Below the pieces are notes generated by a model. It did not search any database, had not been told where the DNA came from, and was given only the letters and a program-made list of their open reading frames with translations. Position numbers and translations under genes: made by a program. A stretch of 64,000 bases of DNA from Steroidobacteraceae bacterium (GTDB taxonomy: Bacteria; Pseudomonadota; Gammaproteobacteria; Steroidobacterales; Steroidobacteraceae): assembly GCA_052143815.1 (NCBI GenBank), contig JBKQSA010000103.1, positions 53,763 to 117,762 on the forward strand. The letters run 5' to 3'. This document shows positions 37,408 to 45,795 of the stretch, in pieces; position 1 is the stretch's first letter, and the number at the start of each line of letters is the position of its first letter.

Positions 37408-38526
37408 ATGACGTCGATGGCTTTCAGTCGAATTCGCACTGCATTGCTGCTGTTGATGGTGAGTACGATGGTAGGTTTCGGCGTTCGTGCCGCCGCGGCC
37501 GAAGAGAAACGCTTGTTCATTTATAACTGGACCGACTTCATCGGTCCCGACACCATCGAAAAATTCGAGAAATTGACCGGCGTCAAGGTGACCTACGACG
37601 TCTACGACGCGGAGGAGACCATGGAGGCGAGGCTCATGGCCGGCAGTTCGGGTTACGACGTGGTGAGCGCGTCGACCGATTTTTTCAGCCGCGAGATCAA
37701 GGCCGGCGTCTATATTGCCTTGGACAAATCCAAGTTGCCCAACTGGCATAATCTCGATCCGCGGATATTGGCCATCCAGGCCGCCTACGATCCCGGCAAC
37801 GCCCATGCGGTACCGTACCTGCATTCCATCAACGGATTCGCCTACAACGTCGATATGATCAAGGCGCGCATGCCGAACGCGCCGGTGGACAGTCTGGACA
37901 TGATATTCAAGCCGGAAGTGGTGTCCAAATTTGCCGATTGCGGCGTGACCTTTCTCGACTCGGCGGAAGACGTGCTGCAGCTGGCGCTGCGGTACTTGGG
38001 ACTCGATCCCAACACCACTGACGCCAAGGACTTCGAGGCCGCCGAGGCCATGCTGCTGAAAGTGCGTCCCTTCATTCGTTCTTTCGATTCGTCGGAATAC
38101 ATGAACGGACTCGCCAACAAAGAGGTTTGCGTCGCGATGTCCTGGTCCAGCGACTATGCGTTGTCGAGCGCACGTGCTCGGGCCGTCGGGGTTCGGTTGA
38201 ACCTGGCGTTCACCGTGCCGAAAGAAGGCGCCAATCAGACGTTTTCGTCGCTTCTCATTCCCGAAGGAGCTCCGCATCCGCAAGCCGCCTATCAATTCAT
38301 CGACTTCATTCTGCGGCCGGACGTCATCGCCGAGATCACCAATTCGATCTATTATGGCAACGACAATATCGCGTCGCGATCCTTGGTCGATCCGCGTATT
38401 CTCAACGACGTGACGCTCTATCCCACACCGGACATGGAGCAGCGGCTCTACAGGTCTGCGGAAGTGACCGCGGCGACGGAGCGCATTCGTACCCGTACGT
38501 GGACCCGTGTCAAGACCGCTAAATGA
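37408..38526 (+). CDS. potF: Putrescine/polyamine ABC transporter substrate-binding protein PotF-like
   Basis: Matches remembered E. coli PotF along its length: LFIYNWTDFIGPDTIEKFEKLTGVKVTYDVYD, LDKSKLPNWHNLDP, FTVPKEGA and C-terminal RIRTRTWTRVKTAK. Confidence 0.9.
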   Translation: MTSMAFSRIRTALLLLMVSTMVGFGVRAAAAEEKRLFIYNWTDFIGPDTIEKFEKLTGVKVTYDVYDAEETMEARLMAGSSGYDVVSASTDFFSREIKAGVYIALDKSKLPNWHNLDPRILAIQAAYDPGNAHAVPYLHSINGFAYNVDMIKARMPNAPVDSLDMIFKPEVVSKFADCGVTFLDSAEDVLQLALRYLGLDPNTTDAKDFEAAEAMLLKVRPFIRSFDSSEYMNGLANKEVCVAMSWSSDYALSSARARAVGVRLNLAFTVPKEGANQTFSSLLIPEGAPHPQAAYQFIDFILRPDVIAEITNSIYYGNDNIASRSLVDPRILNDVTLYPTPDMEQRLYRSAEVTAATERIRTRTWTRVKTAK

Positions 38527-38545
38527 GTGAACGGTGAGGACTGCA

Positions 38546-39115
38546 ATGAACAGAATCGTCAGTTTCCGGCGGATGGAAGATGGTACCCGCGAAGACTACG
38601 AATTGTTGGATGAAGCCGAGCGTGAGTTCGTTCGTCGGCTGCCCGATCGCCTATTGGCATCGCTCGGCAGGCTCGATAATTCGCTCGAGGGATATCCAGT
38701 GAGCCGCCTCGAGCATTCGCTGCAGGCGGCTACCCGCGCGCTCGAGGACGGCGCCGATGACGAACTCATCGTGGCGGCACTCATCCACGACGTCGGCGAC
38801 GAACTGGCTCCTTACAACCACGCGGCGATCGCCGCCGAGATCCTGCGGCCGTATGTCCGCCGCGAAGTGACGTGGATCGTGGAACAGCATGGGTTATTCC
38901 AAAGCTATTACTATGCCCATCATCTGGGCGGTAATCGCAATGGGCGCGATAAGTTTCGTGATCATCCCTGGTACCAGGCGTGCAAGGATTTTTGCGCGAA
39001 TTGGGATCAGTGTTCGTTCGATCCCCACTATCGGTGGGAGTCGCTCGCCCGCTTCGAGCCTCTGCTGCGAGAGATTTTCACCCGGCCGCCGCATGATCCG
39101 CGGTACGTGACTTAA
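38546..39115 (+). CDS. HD-domain metalloprotein (PhnZ/MIOX-like block)
   Basis: RLEHSLQAATRALEDGADDELIVAALIHDVGD. The ATG at 38546 is preceded by GAGGA. Confidence 0.7.
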   Translation: MNRIVSFRRMEDGTREDYELLDEAEREFVRRLPDRLLASLGRLDNSLEGYPVSRLEHSLQAATRALEDGADDELIVAALIHDVGDELAPYNHAAIAAEILRPYVRREVTWIVEQHGLFQSYYYAHHLGGNRNGRDKFRDHPWYQACKDFCANWDQCSFDPHYRWESLARFEPLLREIFTRPPHDPRYVT

Positions 39116-39137
39116 GTTGGCGCTTCGCGCCGAATCT

Positions 39138-39158
39138 ACGGCGTCGATGCGACGCCGT
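39138..39158. terminator. Perfect 9-bp hairpin ACGGCGTCG-ATG-CGACGCCGT between convergent genes
   Basis: Read directly. It is flanked by the smaller hairpins GGCGC-TTC-GCGCC (39119..39131) and GCTCGC-TGC-GCGAGC (39168..39182). Confidence 0.5.
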
Positions 39159-39212
39159 CCTATGATTGCTCGCTGCGCGAGCACTAAATCGCTGCCGGCC
39201 GAGTTGAACGCA

Positions 39213-40043
39213 TTACCGTTCGGCCAGCTGCGCGTCCATGAGGCGATGCCGTTCCGCTCGGCGCATGAAGTATCCGGCGAGCAGCACGCACGCGCCGACC
39301 AGGCAGATGATGAGGCTGGCGAGTGCGTTGATGTCGGGGCTGACGCCGAGTTTGACCTTCGAAAAAATCACCATCGGCAGCGTGCTTGCCCCGGGGCCCG
39401 ATACAAAGCTGGAAATCACCAGATCGTCGAGCGACAAGGTGAAGCTGAGCAGCCAGCTGGACGCCAGCGCGGGCGCGATGCCGGGCAATGTGGTATCCAC
39501 GAAGGCACGCACCGGACCGGCGCCGAGATCCATGGCGGCTTCCTCCAACGATCGGTCCGCACTTTGCAAGCGCGACTGCACGGTGATCGTCACATAGGCG
39601 GTGCAAAAAGCAATGTGCGCGATCACGATTGTCGTGAAACCGCGATGCGGCCAGCCGAACAGATGCAGCATCGACACGAACAACAACAACTGCGTGATGC
39701 CGGTGATGATCTCGGGCATCACCAACGGGGCGTTGACCATGCCCGTGAGCAGCAGACGGCTGCGAAATACTTTGAACCGGACCAGGGATATCGCAGCCAG
39801 GGTGCCAAGGATCACTGCGCCGGTGGAGACGACTACGCCGATTTGCAGCGACAACCATGCAGCGTCGAGAATCTGGTCATTATGCAATAGCTGCGTGTAC
39901 CAGCCGGTGGAGAAACCGCCCCAGACGCTCACGAGGGCTGAAGCATTGAAGGAGTAACCGATAAGCACGAGAATAGGCACGTATAGAACGGCGATGCCGA
40001 TGCAGAGGATCGAGATCAGCAGCGGTGATACACGCTCGTTCAT
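39213..40043 (-). CDS. potI: Polyamine ABC transporter permease PotI/PotC-like
   Basis: MNERVSPLLISILCIGIAVLYVPILVLIGYSFN... with an EAA loop (LEEAAMDLGAGPVRAF). ATGA overlap with the upstream permease gene. Confidence 0.85.
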   Translation of the reverse strand: MNERVSPLLISILCIGIAVLYVPILVLIGYSFNASALVSVWGGFSTGWYTQLLHNDQILDAAWLSLQIGVVVSTGAVILGTLAAISLVRFKVFRSRLLLTGMVNAPLVMPEIITGITQLLLFVSMLHLFGWPHRGFTTIVIAHIAFCTAYVTITVQSRLQSADRSLEEAAMDLGAGPVRAFVDTTLPGIAPALASSWLLSFTLSLDDLVISSFVSGPGASTLPMVIFSKVKLGVSPDINALASLIICLVGACVLLAGYFMRRAERHRLMDAQLAER

Positions 40044-40978
40044 GAGGCTTCCAACTGCTTGGTGCTGTAGTGCTGGTAGAGGGCAATCGGTCCAACCAGC
40101 AGCACCAAGAATGCAATGGCGACGGCGGACGCCACCGGCCAATCGCGGTTGCCGAAAAATTCATCCCATAGCACGCGGCCGATCATCAGATTGTCAGGGC
40201 CACCCAACAGCGTGGGGATGACGAATTCGCCGATCGCGGGGATGAACACCAGCATGGAACCGGCGATGATCCCCGGCATGGACAGAGGCAGGGTCACGTC
40301 GATGAATGCGCGCCACGGGGGGCTCCCCAAGTCGGCGGCCGCCTCGAGCAGGGAAGGGTCCAGCTTCTCCAAGGTCGCGAACAGCGGCAGCACCATGAAC
40401 GGCAAATACGAATAGATGATGCCGAGGTACACCGCAAAGGTCGTTCGCATGATCTGTAAGGGGTGATGGATGATGCCCAACCACAGCAGTGCCGAATTGA
40501 GCAGCCCGGTCTCGCGGATGATGCCCTCGAGCGCGTAGACGCGCAGCAGGAACGAGGTCCAAAACGGGAGAATGATGATGAGCAGCAAAATACTTTGCGT
40601 ACTTTTCGAGGTCCGTGCAATGGCGTAGGCCATGGGATAGCCAAGAGCCAAACAGATGAGCGTAGAAAAAAAAGCCGTCTTTATCGAATATAAATAGGAA
40701 AGGCCATACACTTGATCGGTGAACAGATACTTGAAGTTGCCGAGGTTCAACGTCATGTGGACATGCCAATCCGGGCTCATGGAAAAGATATCCGTGAACG
40801 GAGGCACCCTCACCGCGGTGTCGGCGAAGCTGATGACCAGAGCGAACGCGAACGGAATGAGGAAAAAAACCAGGAGGAACAGCAGCGGCGGCAGAATGAT
40901 CAGCCATTTACCGTGGCGTTTCAGCCACTCGCCCCTCGAGGGCCCGCGCCAGTCGCCGCGCGGCCGCGTATCAGCCAT
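40040..40978 (-). CDS. potH: Polyamine ABC transporter permease PotH/PotB-like
   Basis: WLIILPPLLFLLVFFLIPFAFALVISF and LLEAAADLGSPPWRAFIDVTLPLSMPG. The start at M43 of ORF 40040..41104 is provisional. Confidence 0.85.
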   Translation of the reverse strand: MADTRPRGDWRGPSRGEWLKRHGKWLIILPPLLFLLVFFLIPFAFALVISFADTAVRVPPFTDIFSMSPDWHVHMTLNLGNFKYLFTDQVYGLSYLYSIKTAFFSTLICLALGYPMAYAIARTSKSTQSILLLIIILPFWTSFLLRVYALEGIIRETGLLNSALLWLGIIHHPLQIMRTTFAVYLGIIYSYLPFMVLPLFATLEKLDPSLLEAAADLGSPPWRAFIDVTLPLSMPGIIAGSMLVFIPAIGEFVIPTLLGGPDNLMIGRVLWDEFFGNRDWPVASAVAIAFLVLLVGPIALYQHYSTKQLEAS

Positions 40979-40993
40979 GAGCGTGAACTTCAA

Positions 40994-42733
40994 TTGAGCC
41001 CGCGAAAAAAGACGAACAAGGAGGCGTCCGGCGCGCCCCGAGCGCGCAAGACCCATGGCCGGCAGCGCCAGCGATTGATCGAGGCATGCATATCGGCGCT
41101 GCACATCTACGGTCCGTCACGGACCACCGTGGAAAAAGTCGTGGCGATTGCGAAAATGTCACCTGGCATCGTTCGATTCTACTTCGACTCCAAAGCCGCC
41201 ATGCTCGTCGCATCGTTGCAATTCCTCGCCGCCGAATTCGAGGAACGGCTGTTGGTCCCCGTGGCAAAACTCAAATCAACGCCCGTAGCCGCGCTCGAAC
41301 TGATCGTCGATCTGTATCTCGACCCGGACATTGCCAGTCCCCGCAAGGTGTCCGTTTGGTATGCATTTTGGGGCGAGGCAAACTCCCGGCAGGAATACTA
41401 CGACATTTGCGGACAGAAGGACGAGAGCTTCGCAGCATTGGTTCGCGAATTGATCGAGAGTTTGATCATCGAGACCTCGCAGCCGCAGTTGGACCCGGAC
41501 GGAATCGCCCTCGGCCTCATCGGCGTGCTGGAAATGCTATGGCAGGATTTCGCTTTTCGAACGGAGCGCAATATCGATCGTGCCGCAGCCAAGCGGCGCT
41601 GCATGGCCTACCTGCGTTCGATATTCCCCGGCCAGTTTGCCGTATCGGACGGCCACGCGTTGCCGCCCGTGGCCTTACCGGTTGGCGTCGGGCGATTACC
41701 GGGATGGGCGTATGCGGATGCGCGCATTCATGCGATGGAGCGCGAGCTGCTGTTTCAGAACGCTTGGGCGGTAGTAGGCCACGAATCGCAGGTCGCGCAC
41801 GCGGGGGAATTCCTGTGTATCGACAGCGGCGCCGAACGGGTGCTGGTGGTGCGTGACGCCTTGGGGGCCGTGCATGCGTTGCGAAATAGCTGCCCGGAGT
41901 CGCCGCACGCGCTGCTCCCCGCCCGCCGCGGTCGCTTGGACGCGGGCATCGAGTGCAAGCTGCACGGGCTACAGTTCCGTTTGAACGGTAAGTGTGCGAC
42001 GGGGTCGGGGCGGATGGATTTGGGTGTTCTCGATTGGTCATCAGTGGGCGGGCTGATGTTCGCGAAATCAGCCGCCCGCGAGCGGTCGGCCGACGCGCCG
42101 GCCCCCGCAGCATGGTTCGACGCGGCACCACCGCAAGGTTTGATGATGCTTGGCCCCGCCATCGAATTGCCTGTAGCCGCCGATTGGAAAGTCGTGGTCG
42201 AACAATGGCTCGATTCGACCATGCACGGCGTGGCGCCCTACGGGACGCCCTACGGGACGGCCGATTTCGCGCCGAGCCCTGCGGTGGATTCGATGGTTTG
42301 GCATGCCGCGATCTTGAGTGACCCCGGCTGGAGCGGGCGCCGCTATCGGAAGCTGATGGCGTGCACTTCGGAACGCACCTGGCGCCGGCAATTCATCGCG
42401 CCGAATCAGTTGCTGGAAACGCGCCCCGATGGCTTGGCGGTGGTGCAGGCCATTCCCGTCGCGCCCGGACGTTGTCTCGTGCGCCGGCTGGACTACAGCG
42501 TGCTTGCGCCGGACGCAGGCTCGATGGCGGTGCTGCATCTTGCGCGGCGTTTGGGGCCGTATGCTCGAAGAACGACGCGGGATGTAGCGGAATCCATACA
42601 GAAGGGGATGGTCGAATTCGGCTATCAAGTCGCGCCCGGCGCGCCGATTTCGCCGGCCGTCGCTTGGTTTCGCAATCGCCTCGCTGCCCGCATTCCCGCA
42701 CTGGCGCGCCGCCAGCCACCGACCGATACCTGA
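40994..42733 (+). CDS. Fusion protein: BetI/TetR-type regulator joined to a degenerate Rieske-oxygenase alpha-subunit-like domain
   Basis: A single open frame. The TetR HTH is RQRLIEACISALHIYGPSRTTVEKVVAIAKMSPGIVRFYF, with a BetI-like core (VWYAFWGEANSRQEY). About 390 aa follow that are paralogous to the 44345..45541 product, with altered ligands (CPESPH...CKLH). The start is uncertain (TTG 40994). The part of ORF 40712.. upstream of that lies antisense to potH. Confidence 0.8.
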   Translation: MSPRKKTNKEASGAPRARKTHGRQRQRLIEACISALHIYGPSRTTVEKVVAIAKMSPGIVRFYFDSKAAMLVASLQFLAAEFEERLLVPVAKLKSTPVAALELIVDLYLDPDIASPRKVSVWYAFWGEANSRQEYYDICGQKDESFAALVRELIESLIIETSQPQLDPDGIALGLIGVLEMLWQDFAFRTERNIDRAAAKRRCMAYLRSIFPGQFAVSDGHALPPVALPVGVGRLPGWAYADARIHAMERELLFQNAWAVVGHESQVAHAGEFLCIDSGAERVLVVRDALGAVHALRNSCPESPHALLPARRGRLDAGIECKLHGLQFRLNGKCATGSGRMDLGVLDWSSVGGLMFAKSAARERSADAPAPAAWFDAAPPQGLMMLGPAIELPVAADWKVVVEQWLDSTMHGVAPYGTPYGTADFAPSPAVDSMVWHAAILSDPGWSGRRYRKLMACTSERTWRRQFIAPNQLLETRPDGLAVVQAIPVAPGRCLVRRLDYSVLAPDAGSMAVLHLARRLGPYARRTTRDVAESIQKGMVEFGYQVAPGAPISPAVAWFRNRLAARIPALARRQPPTDT

Positions 42734-42786
42734 AAATTCACTATACTGGCGACCTTCGCGACGATCACTGAATGGGAGAATTTCGT

Positions 42787-44286
42787 ATGACCCTGGCTTC
42801 CTTGAGCACCAGCGACTGGCATGCACGCGCCGCAAGCGTGCGTTACGAGACCGGACATTTCATCGACGGCAAGGCGGTGGATTCGGTGGCGAAGGGCCGT
42901 TTCACCGTGGTCAATCCTGCCACCGGCGCGCCGCTGTGCGAAGTGAGCGCCGGCACCGCCGCCGATATCGATCTGGCCGTCGCAGCGGCGAAGCGCACCG
43001 TGAAATCCCGCGTATGGAGCCGCATGGCGCCTCGCGATCGCATGGCCGTGCTGGCGGCGTATGCCCGGTTGATCGATGCGAATGCCGAGCGCTTCGCGCT
43101 GCTCGACACGCTTTGCATGGGCAAGCCGATCTCCGATATGGTGAACATCGATGTGCCTTCTGCGGCGAAGAATTTCGCCTATTTCGGCGAGCTCGTGGAC
43201 AAAATCGACGGCGCGGTGACCGCCACCGCGCAGGACGCCTTCCATTACATTTTGCGCGAGCCGTTGGGCGTGGTGGGTTGCATCGTGCCGTGGAATTACC
43301 CGTTGTTGATGGCGGCCTGGAAAGTCGCGCCGGCGCTGGCGGCGGGCAATTCGGTGGTGTTGAAACCCGCGGAACAGTCGCCCTTGTCGGGGCTGCTGAT
43401 GGCTCAATTGTTCGTCGAGGCGGGCGGCCCGCCGGGCGTGTTCAACGTCGTGAACGGCTTGGGCGAAACCGCGGGCGCTGCATTGGCGCTGCATAGCGAT
43501 GTCGCCAAGATTGCATTCACCGGTTCAACGGAGATCGGCAAGCAGATGCTGATTTACGCCGGCCAATCCAACATGAAGCGCGTGGCGTTGGAATGCGGCG
43601 GCAAGACGCCGCAGATCTTTCTCGCCGACATGCCCGACATGGACACCGCCGTCACGTATGCGATCAATGGCATCTACGGCAACATGGGCGAGGTGTGCAA
43701 TGCCGGTTCGCGGCTTTTGATCGATCGTCCCATCGCGGAGGAATTCATCGCCCGATTCATCGAAAAGGGCAAATCGGCGTATAAGGCCGGCGACCCGCTC
43801 GATCCGACCACCAACTTGGGGCCGTTGGTCACCGCATCGCACCGCGCGCGCGTGATGAATTACATCACCCGCGGCAAGAGCGAAGGTGCGCGCTTGGAAT
43901 TCGGCGGCAATACACCGGATCTGCCGGGCGCCTACGTCAATCCGACCCTGTTCACCGGCGTGAACAATCGAATGACCATTGCTCAAGAAGAGATCTTCGG
44001 ACCGGTGGCGGCCGCGATTGAAATCGACGGCATTGCCGAAGCTTTGACGGTGGCGAACGATTCGATCTACGGTTTGGCCGCCTCGGTATGGACGCGCGAT
44101 CTGTCGGTGGCACACAAAACGGTGCGGGACTTGGAGGCCGGCGTCATCTGGGTGAACTGTTTCGACCACGGCGACATGACGCAGCCGTTTGGCGGCTACA
44201 AGCAATCCGGCCAAGGTCGCGACAAATGCCTGGAGAGTTTGATCTCTTACACGCAGACCAAGTCGGCGTGGATCCATTTGGGTTGA
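42787..44286 (+). CDS. Aldehyde dehydrogenase, PuuC-like (aminobutyraldehyde-type)
   Basis: FTGSTEIGKQM, LECGGKTPQIF, EVCNAGSRLL and DHGDMTQPFGGYKQSGQGRDKCLESL, which closely resembles the E. coli PuuC tail. The ATG at 42787 follows GGGAGA. Confidence 0.9.
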   Translation: MTLASLSTSDWHARAASVRYETGHFIDGKAVDSVAKGRFTVVNPATGAPLCEVSAGTAADIDLAVAAAKRTVKSRVWSRMAPRDRMAVLAAYARLIDANAERFALLDTLCMGKPISDMVNIDVPSAAKNFAYFGELVDKIDGAVTATAQDAFHYILREPLGVVGCIVPWNYPLLMAAWKVAPALAAGNSVVLKPAEQSPLSGLLMAQLFVEAGGPPGVFNVVNGLGETAGAALALHSDVAKIAFTGSTEIGKQMLIYAGQSNMKRVALECGGKTPQIFLADMPDMDTAVTYAINGIYGNMGEVCNAGSRLLIDRPIAEEFIARFIEKGKSAYKAGDPLDPTTNLGPLVTASHRARVMNYITRGKSEGARLEFGGNTPDLPGAYVNPTLFTGVNNRMTIAQEEIFGPVAAAIEIDGIAEALTVANDSIYGLAASVWTRDLSVAHKTVRDLEAGVIWVNCFDHGDMTQPFGGYKQSGQGRDKCLESLISYTQTKSAWIHLG

Positions 44287-44344
44287 CCGCTGCATCGCGG
44301 CGCCGCGCCTCGCGCCGCGGCGCCGCTTCTCGTCAGGGTGACCG

Positions 44345-45541
44345 TCAGCCGCGGCGTACCTCGCTGAACTGCTTCGGCGCCGCCGGCAACCGAAACTCCG
44401 GTATGCGCTCGCGCAGCAGATCGTGGAATTCGAGCATGCAACCTTCGAGCTGCGACAGCGGGCCGGGTCTATAGCTGCTCGACGCTAGGCCCCGTTGGAC
44501 GCGCTCGCACAACCATTTATCCTCGTTGTTCACGGAGGCATTGATGCGGTTGCTCAAGAATCGGACAGCGCGCATTTCCCGAGTCGTGCTCGGCAAACCG
44601 AATACCGCGCCGCGAATGATGCATTTTCCGGGACCCGCAGGCAGCACTTGGAAAAAGTCCATTTGGTCCGGGTACACGTCGATGCCTAAATTGGGCAAGG
44701 CGCTGTAGAACCGCCAAACGCGGCGCTGGTCCTCGGGCAAATGCGCGACTGCCCGCCCGATCAGCGATTGATACAGGCCTTCAGACCAGCGCGGCGATCG
44801 CTTCTCGCGCAGCCAGCTCGAGCCCCGAGCAACGCCCGGCACCGTGGCCTGATCCTCGTAGTCCGGAGTGAACATGCGGAATAGGCCAGGGTGGCCGATG
44901 GGTACGTGGTAGGACTCCAGGTAGTTATCCATCGCTATCTTCCAGTCGACATTCCACACATCCGACGAGATAGGGCTGAGCGGCACCATTTCCTCGCAGC
45001 GATAGGCGGCAAGTTCCTCACCGAGCTTTCCCCACATCAGGGACACGGGCTGGGGGAGGCCAAATTCGGAATCGGGCGCCAGGCAGACGAAGACGAAACC
45101 AAAGGCGATATCCGTGCGCACAGACCTGAGTCCATGGTCCGCACGATTCAGACCGGGGAAGCTCTCCTTCACCGGCATGCCGATCAGCGCGCCATCGTGA
45201 CGATAGGTCCAGCCGTGATAGGGACACGTGATGGTCGCCGGGCAGGTTCCGGCGCCATCGAGTAAACGGGCCCCACGGTGACGGCAGACGTTGTGGAACG
45301 CCCGGATGGACCCGTCGCGATCTCGTAGCACGAGCACGCTTTCGGGGCCCAAATCGAACGTCGCGTAATCGCCGGCCTTGGGAATCGAATTGACGTGACA
45401 AACGATCTGCCAGCTTGGCATTAAAACGCGTTCGCGTTCGAGCCGGGCGAGCTCAGGATGGCTGTATACCCACGCCGGTAGGGCGCGCGGCAATCCGGCA
45501 TCGGCAGCATTGGCGGGTGTCGCGGCGGACCAGCTGTGCAT
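44345..45541 (-). CDS. Rieske non-haem-iron oxygenase alpha subunit (GbcA/choline-monooxygenase-like group)
   Basis: CRHRGARLLDGAGTCPATITCPYHGWTY and DNYLESYHVPIGH. A GGAGA Shine-Dalgarno lies upstream. Confidence 0.88.
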   Translation of the reverse strand: MHSWSAATPANAADAGLPRALPAWVYSHPELARLERERVLMPSWQIVCHVNSIPKAGDYATFDLGPESVLVLRDRDGSIRAFHNVCRHRGARLLDGAGTCPATITCPYHGWTYRHDGALIGMPVKESFPGLNRADHGLRSVRTDIAFGFVFVCLAPDSEFGLPQPVSLMWGKLGEELAAYRCEEMVPLSPISSDVWNVDWKIAMDNYLESYHVPIGHPGLFRMFTPDYEDQATVPGVARGSSWLREKRSPRWSEGLYQSLIGRAVAHLPEDQRRVWRFYSALPNLGIDVYPDQMDFFQVLPAGPGKCIIRGAVFGLPSTTREMRAVRFLSNRINASVNNEDKWLCERVQRGLASSSYRPGPLSQLEGCMLEFHDLLRERIPEFRLPAAPKQFSEVRRG

Positions 45542-45694
45542 AGCGTTTTCTCCGTCCCGATTATATGGCTGTTTAATTTACGCCGGTTTACGGCCGGTTG
45601 GCAAGTAACCGGCAGTGCAGCAGGGAAATTGCGACAAAATCCGCGCAATTCGACCGCCCTAAGGGGTGCACAAAGCGCGCCGATGACATTGGAA

Positions 45695-45710
45695 TTATAT
45701 GGTCATATAA
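45695..45710. promoter_or_regulatory. Perfect palindrome TTATATG-GT-CATATAA in a divergent promoter region
   Basis: Read directly. A half-site copy, TTATATGG, is at 45561..45568 next to the Rieske gene start. Confidence 0.45.
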
Positions 45711-45795
45711 AAAATGTGGACGCCTTGCACGGCGGATGATACGTTTCCACCATCCGCAACCCGCGGGGCCGCCTACAGAAGTCAAAGGGGATGCC

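Noticed and set aside
40712-40993. N-terminal ~95 codons of the 673-aa ORF encoding the TetR-Rieske fusion
   Set aside because: This part lies entirely antisense to the potH coding region and is Arg/Glu/Gln-rich filler. The TetR HTH begins only after ~41060, so the true start is probably downstream (provisionally TTG 40994).
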